From: Candidatus Saccharimonadota bacterium | GTDB lineage: Bacteria > Patescibacteriota > Saccharimonadia > Saccharimonadales > JAGQMS01 | Assembly (NCBI GenBank): GCA_043719125.1 | Contig: JAYSUL010000039.1 | Coordinates: forward strand, 1-32,101 | Length of the DNA stretch: 32,101 bases | Direction: 5' to 3' | Part shown: positions 27,517 through 32,101 of the stretch, piece by piece | Layout: the number at the start of each line of letters is the position of its first letter | How positions within the stretch are numbered: position 1 is the stretch's first letter | Translations under genes and position numbers: made by a program | The notes under the pieces: generated by a model | The model's database searches: none | What the model was told of the DNA's origin: nothing | Seen by the model: only the letters and a program-made list of their open reading frames with translations

Positions 27517-28947
27517 CTACTGGTAGACTCGCATATAGCCACGCTTAGCCCATGATACCGTCTGATTATTACTTCCAGGTACAGATGCAGTAAAGTTGAT
27601 GACTGCGTTGTTTCCCAGTAGGATTGATTGACCAGCAACTGCTCCAATTGCTCCATTGTTAGAGACGCTCGACCGGGACCAGCGGGCATATAGTATCGAT
27701 CCCGGGGCACTGCCATTGTTCGCAAGGTTAACGCGTACCTGATTTTGGCTATTTGCCAGATCGGTACCAGTTACGCTCGTGCAATCAGGCGAGCATGCTG
27801 CTGCGCTCCAGTAGGCGATAAAATATACTCCCGTTCCAATATTATTTACGGTAACTGTTCCGTTATTGCTAATGGTGATACCGGTAGAGCCGTCGACCAT
27901 AATTACAGGTGGTGTGGTGCCTGCTGAGTTAGGCACAACGATTCGGGCATTGTTACCGTATGTAAGATTTCCAGTTATCCACGCGTTACCTAAAAGATTT
28001 ATAACGCAGTTGTTGCCCATAGTTATATTACCGGTAATTTTGACGTTTGCTGGCCATGTGCGTGTTTGATTGTTGCCACATGCAATAGTCGAATGTGATG
28101 ATGTATATGGATTCCCACTACCGTCATTTAATACAGCAGCAGCTTTCTGAGCATTACGATCGTAGTCCGGTAATGATACGGGGCTAATAGCTGGCCCCGG
28201 GCATGAACTGTTTGGTGTACAGATGAGCCCAGGGTTTGACATATTTGTAGCTGTAGTTTGGTTGGTTGCACGAACATCTGCGTAGATCTGTCCATTATTT
28301 GTTATGGGCTGCCCATTTTCTCCATTGGCACATACTCTTGGATATGTAGCATCGACTGGAAAAGGACAGTTAGTGTGTGCGACACGTATATTCACCGCAT
28401 TGGCTAGTGGTGTTGTAGAGAGTCCAATCTGCGAGTTATTATTGAGGGTAATAGTACCGTTAACTACGACATCTCCACCAGTTATGCGAGAGTTATTATT
28501 GAGGATAAGTCCGCCAACGCCTGTGACTACAGACGATGGTCCGGTGCCAGAAGTAACCGCCTGCACGTCTAGTTCATAGCGTCTCGTGATCTTTGTGTCG
28601 TTATTTATTTTTGTTCGTGATATGACTGATAACACCTTTTTGTCTGTCGTTGCTCCATCTATGAGTGCGGTCTGATGCGTTGTGGTCAGGCTTCCTTGCG
28701 TAAGGAAAGTCTGCTCGGCACTCAACGTTGAGCTCAGTCCGGTAGTACCTACTGTGTTAAGGGTAGTCATTGCCAGGTCTAAGGCCGCATCGGCAGTCAT
28801 CTGAGCATTAGATTTGTAGATATCTCTAGTTGAGAGGTTGTATGCTGTGAGTGACAGGCTCGTAACATATACAATACTAAGTGATACGAATAGTACTGTC
28901 ACGAGTAGGATTGCGAGTGCGAAACCTTTTTGGTTGGGTGTCTTCAT
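27517..28947 (-). CDS. PilX-like minor pilin with a large Asn-rich C-terminal domain
   Basis: NQKG|FALAI (no Glu+5), A...ADAA helix, repeated hydrophobic-x-NN motifs. Last gene of the minor pilin operon. Confidence 0.75.
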   Translation of the reverse strand: MKTPNQKGFALAILLVTVLFVSLSIVYVTSLSLTAYNLSTRDIYKSNAQMTADAALDLAMTTLNTVGTTGLSSTLSAEQTFLTQGSLTTTHQTALIDGATTDKKVLSVISRTKINNDTKITRRYELDVQAVTSGTGPSSVVTGVGGLILNNNSRITGGDVVVNGTITLNNNSQIGLSTTPLANAVNIRVAHTNCPFPVDATYPRVCANGENGQPITNNGQIYADVRATNQTTATNMSNPGLICTPNSSCPGPAISPVSLPDYDRNAQKAAAVLNDGSGNPYTSSHSTIACGNNQTRTWPANVKITGNITMGNNCVINLLGNAWITGNLTYGNNARIVVPNSAGTTPPVIMVDGSTGITISNNGTVTVNNIGTGVYFIAYWSAAACSPDCTSVTGTDLANSQNQVRVNLANNGSAPGSILYARWSRSSVSNNGAIGAVAGQSILLGNNAVINFTASVPGSNNQTVSWAKRGYMRVYQ

Positions 28948-29604
28948 CTATCTATTCCTCAATGTTGTTCGTATTGTATTGTCGAACTTGACTGTTTTAC
29001 CTAGTATCTTTCGCTGTACCTTTACTGTTATCTGGACCGACCTAGCAAGTGTAGCGTCAGCAGTCGTATTGTTTGTGTCATCATAGAAAGTAAAGGTAAG
29101 GTCTGTAAGGTAGCTCGTAAATTTCTTATCTGCTGGACAGGTACTTGTCGCAAGTGCCGGAGGGCACGAAGTTTTTACGTTATTGCCTGTTGCTGCCGGA
29201 TCAACAATTGTTCGTCTATACATTGAGCTTCCTGAAGAGTAGTAAACAACCTCGTTATCGTAAGGGTAGCCTGTTGAGCTGTCATAAATAATGTCTCTAG
29301 AGGCGTTGATAGCGGGCAGGTCTATGATCAGGATATTCGATGGATCATTTGTCACCCAACCACCAACGGGAGCATTAGGATCAGTGTTTTGGTTCGTAGT
29401 TGATAGTGATCCAGCTAGCCTAGTATCCTCGACTATGGATCTGAGTAGGATCTGCGACTCTATGGCTAGCTCGGCGGTAATCCTGGCACGTGTTGTATCG
29501 CCGATCAGGTTGAGACTAATATAAAGAAGTACTCCCGATATAACTGTTGCAAGGCTGATGGAGATCATCAGCTCTACAATCGTAAAACCTTTTTGTATAC
29601 TCAC
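28948..29604 (-). CDS. PilW-like minor pilin (prepilin N-terminal cleavage/methylation motif)
   Basis: QKG|FTIVELMI, D.R.A and a C-terminal LRN motif. Confidence 0.85.
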   Translation of the reverse strand: MSIQKGFTIVELMISISLATVISGVLLYISLNLIGDTTRARITAELAIESQILLRSIVEDTRLAGSLSTTNQNTDPNAPVGGWVTNDPSNILIIDLPAINASRDIIYDSSTGYPYDNEVVYYSSGSSMYRRTIVDPAATGNNVKTSCPPALATSTCPADKKFTSYLTDLTFTFYDDTNNTTADATLARSVQITVKVQRKILGKTVKFDNTIRTTLRNR

Positions 29605-29987
29605 TGTCCGACTCCCGTTTCGCTGACTATAGACTTATAGGTGACGGTTTTTGTTTTCTTGTAGTCGGTGTAGCTTATTGACACGTCGATAGTTTTAATA
29701 CCCGTACCCTGAGCGACTACATATGTTGCTGTTTTAGGGCTAGCAAGCTCCGCAGGCAACTCTGAAGTAAACGTTGTCGTACCTACAGTTATCGAGTTGT
29801 ATCCTATACTCCTGAGGCTTTCTATTTTGTTCTCAGCAATAATGCTAATCAGCGTGAGATCGCGTGATCGGTTGTTTAGCTGGGTAAGTGTGGATACTCC
29901 TAGAGTTAATGTTGGGATGAGTATTGCAAACAGGGCTAGAGTTATTAACATCTCTACAACAGTAAACCCCTTTTGTTGACCATTCAT
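29601..29987 (-). CDS. PilV-like minor pilin
   Basis: QKG|FTVVEMLI and AENKIESLRS. TAGAAT lies 8 nt before the ATG. Confidence 0.85.
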   Translation of the reverse strand: MNGQQKGFTVVEMLITLALFAILIPTLTLGVSTLTQLNNRSRDLTLISIIAENKIESLRSIGYNSITVGTTTFTSELPAELASPKTATYVVAQGTGIKTIDVSISYTDYKKTKTVTYKSIVSETGVGQ

Positions 29988-30058
29988 TACTGTATATTCT
30001 ACATTTAGCTTACGCTAATATGCAAACTTCCGTAGAAAGGTATGAGATAATTGTTTTC

Positions 30059-30631
30059 ATGGAACACCAGACCACTGGAATAGATGGCAAGTATGCAAAT
30101 CTTATTGAGCTAGATCCGCAAGAGAAACTGATTTGTGTCATAAGGCGACACATCGTTGGTCTAATAAGCGTCTACTTAACGGGATTATTTATATCGATCA
30201 TGGTGCTTCTCGGTAGCGTATTGTTTGCTATATGGATTGATAGGCAACCGGATTTTGGCCAGGGAAGTAGGGTTGGTTTAATCGTAAGCATTTTAGGAAT
30301 TATACTCAGCGCCCTGGTACTCTTCTTCACCTATGTAGCTGGCTATGTTTTTAGAAATAGTGTGATAATTGTTACGACTGACAAGATTGCCCAAGTTCTC
30401 TATAAAAACCTAATCGACCGTAAAATATCACAGCTGTCACTCGGTGATCTACAGGATACTACTGTAGAGCAAAGAGGCCTACTACCTAGACTATTCAAGT
30501 ATGGCACGCTGATAATCGAAACAGCGGGAGAGCAGAACAACTTCATCTTTACATTCACGCCATTTCCGTATCAATGCGCTAAAGATATTGTTGGCGCTAG
30601 GGAAATGTCTATCAAGAAGTACGGGAACTAA
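30059..30631 (+). CDS. Bacterial PH (bPH) domain membrane protein
   Basis: E......RRH, two TM, IVTTDKI, LQD.TVEQ.G and YGTL.IETAGE. The probable ATG 30059 is 7 nt after GATAAT. Confidence 0.8.
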   Translation: MEHQTTGIDGKYANLIELDPQEKLICVIRRHIVGLISVYLTGLFISIMVLLGSVLFAIWIDRQPDFGQGSRVGLIVSILGIILSALVLFFTYVAGYVFRNSVIIVTTDKIAQVLYKNLIDRKISQLSLGDLQDTTVEQRGLLPRLFKYGTLIIETAGEQNNFIFTFTPFPYQCAKDIVGAREMSIKKYGN

Positions 30632-30918
30632 AAAGGATTTTGACGGGTGTTATCGAAGTTACTATTCAGATCAACATTCTGGGTATAGAGCTCATTGAAT
30701 GTAGATATCACACCCTTATCTGGAGACTTTATAGTTGTAATATCTGACGAAACAGTCTGATCTCCGTCAACCAAGGTATTGACCCGCATTACAAGATATC
30801 CGGCTAGACCTGCGAAAAGACACAGTAGAAGTAGGCGCATATTGCGGACAGCTGCGCTGATTACCCAACCATACTTTTCGCTAAACTGAGTGATCTGTTT
30901 TTGAATGGTTTCTTTCAT
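30628..30918 (-). CDS. Single-TM protein in the PilP position, ending R.NPF
   Basis: Overlaps the pilO-like stop, has one TM and a C-terminal RQNPF motif. The assignment rests on position. Confidence 0.6.
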   Translation of the reverse strand: MKETIQKQITQFSEKYGWVISAAVRNMRLLLLCLFAGLAGYLVMRVNTLVDGDQTVSSDITTIKSPDKGVISTFNELYTQNVDLNSNFDNTRQNPF

Positions 30919-31598
30919 GGTTGTATATATATTACGATAGATAGAGTTAGATTGTAGGTTGGATTGCCATTTATAGACTGGCTTTGACCAATACCAATGG
31001 ATCTGATTTGCATTGTTCGGCGATTTCTCTCGATTAGCCTAATAAGAGTCATCATTTCCTCATATCGTACACCTTTTATGGATGTATCTTTACTTGTAAT
31101 TGTGCCGATACTTAGTTCGATAGACTGTACACCCGGTATTTCTTTCACTGGTGTAGCCTGTGAAACTGTCTTTACGGGCTTTAGTGTATCTGTTGTCACC
31201 GTTGATGCAGCAGCTGTTGGATCAGTCGTTGTAGTTGTGGCAGGCTTTGGTGCGGCTGTAGAGCCCAGGGTAGAAGACGGAAAACCAACTGAGTCGATAC
31301 TAACGTTTGATTGACTGGCGATAGCATATATTTCTTGCACAACACGTGCCTGTTCTTTGTCTGCAGGTAGTACTTGTGAGGCGGTGGCTACATCGTCCGT
31401 TCTGTCGTTGAGTATTTTCTTAGCTTTCTCGAGCTCAGTTTGCTTGTTTTCTAGACCGATGACCTCAGTACGCAAAGAGGAAAGTTCCTTGCTACTTTCA
31501 GTAAGCCACCCAACTGCGTATTTGACGATAAAGAAAGAAAACGCAAACCCAGCTAGGAATAAAAGCTGTAAGTATCGGTGCAGTTTTTTTGCGGTCAT
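30915..31598 (-). CDS. PilO-like type IV pilus assembly protein
   Basis: N-terminal TM, coiled coil, LP..K.Q, IA..S.V.I and Y......IERNRR..QI..I pattern. Confidence 0.7.
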   Translation of the reverse strand: MTAKKLHRYLQLLFLAGFAFSFFIVKYAVGWLTESSKELSSLRTEVIGLENKQTELEKAKKILNDRTDDVATASQVLPADKEQARVVQEIYAIASQSNVSIDSVGFPSSTLGSTAAPKPATTTTTDPTAAASTVTTDTLKPVKTVSQATPVKEIPGVQSIELSIGTITSKDTSIKGVRYEEMMTLIRLIERNRRTMQIRSIGIGQSQSINGNPTYNLTLSIVIYIQP

Positions 31599-32101
31599 TT
31601 TGATGCTCCCGCTGGATTTATAAGATAGAATTTTGAGTCAGAGCTAAACTCAGCGCGCATTTCAACAGGACATGTTGTTGTGCCGTTAGTAACATCCTTT
31701 GTACACGTGGCAACACGGTTTATGTCTACATTGCTGAATAACTGACTGTAGCTTGCCTCTACGACATGAGTACAAGCTGACCCTGATTCGTTGCAGCTCT
31801 TTTTTTCCGAGTCGCTAGCTTGCTTGGCGGTAGCTGTAGTGTAGAGCTCATCGTAGTATGCGCGTACAACATACTGACAACCATTATTGCCACCCGATAC
31901 GCATAATTTTCCATTAACCGTGCAGGTCGACTTTTCAGTATATGCATCGATACACTTTTCTTTCGTCACGTAGCCAAGATCGTCGAATGTATACGTTTCT
32001 ATAAAAAGAGTGTTTTTGCTGTTCAACAAGACCTTCTCTATGGACTTTGCTTCCGCTATTGAGTCTGCCCGTACAGTAAAGTCGACGGCTTTTTGGTCGG
32101 T
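31595..32101 (-). CDS. PilN-like protein, C-terminal part with a Cys-rich region (5' truncated by window)
   Basis: The frame is open to the window end (TDQKAVDFTVRADSIAEAKSIEKVLLNSK...), contains FSNV and lies directly upstream of the pilO-like gene. Confidence 0.55.
   Translation of the reverse strand, partial: TDQKAVDFTVRADSIAEAKSIEKVLLNSKNTLFIETYTFDDLGYVTKEKCIDAYTEKSTCTVNGKLCVSGGNNGCQYVVRAYYDELYTTATAKQASDSEKKSCNESGSACTHVVEASYSQLFSNVDINRVATCTKDVTNGTTTCPVEMRAEFSSDSKFYLINPAGASK

Noticed and set aside
108-31947. Numerous short antisense or alternate-frame ORFs in the track (for example 8083..8655, 24349..24867)
   Set aside because: They lie within well-identified genes and show no independent motifs or start signals.
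1-32101. CRISPR array, transposase, prophage genes or alternative genetic code
   Set aside because: No spaced direct repeats or mobile-element motifs were seen. Conserved genes translate intact in code 11, and TGA serves as a stop (for example 20485-20487).

Overview
Gene-dense chromosomal window, most likely from a Patescibacteria (CPR) genome and probably Saccharimonadia. That assignment is an inference from the short HrcA, the ComEC lacking a beta-lactamase domain, the GRNT P-loop guanylate kinase-like protein, the type IV pilus genes and the leaderless-type promoters. Gene order: ftsH (3' end), murJ, lepA, bcp, gmk-like, then an hrcA-grpE-dnaK-dnaJ heat-shock region interrupted by cargo genes and carrying four CIRCE operators. 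These are followed by a 1130-aa polytopic membrane protein, a LysE exporter, a large surface protein, a three-gene Zn-amidohydrolase plus two ATP-grasp ligase operon, DUF192, tRNA-Lys(UUU), comEC-yebC-ruvCAB and part of a type IV pilus locus. Most notable unannotated signals: (1) a 163-nt G-U-rich rod hairpin forming the entire predicted hrcA 5' leader and burying its SD; (2) a second, sequence-unrelated 166-nt rod-shaped RNA at 22372-22537, probably on the minus strand; (3) a leaderless 13-aa uORF with an anti-SD hairpin before lysE; (4) the amidohydrolase/ATP-grasp operon; (5) bcp with only an ACG start; (6) a 38-aa mini-prepilin; (7) pervasive leaderless promoter architecture. All pairings and motifs were read by eye; no folding or database searches were run.
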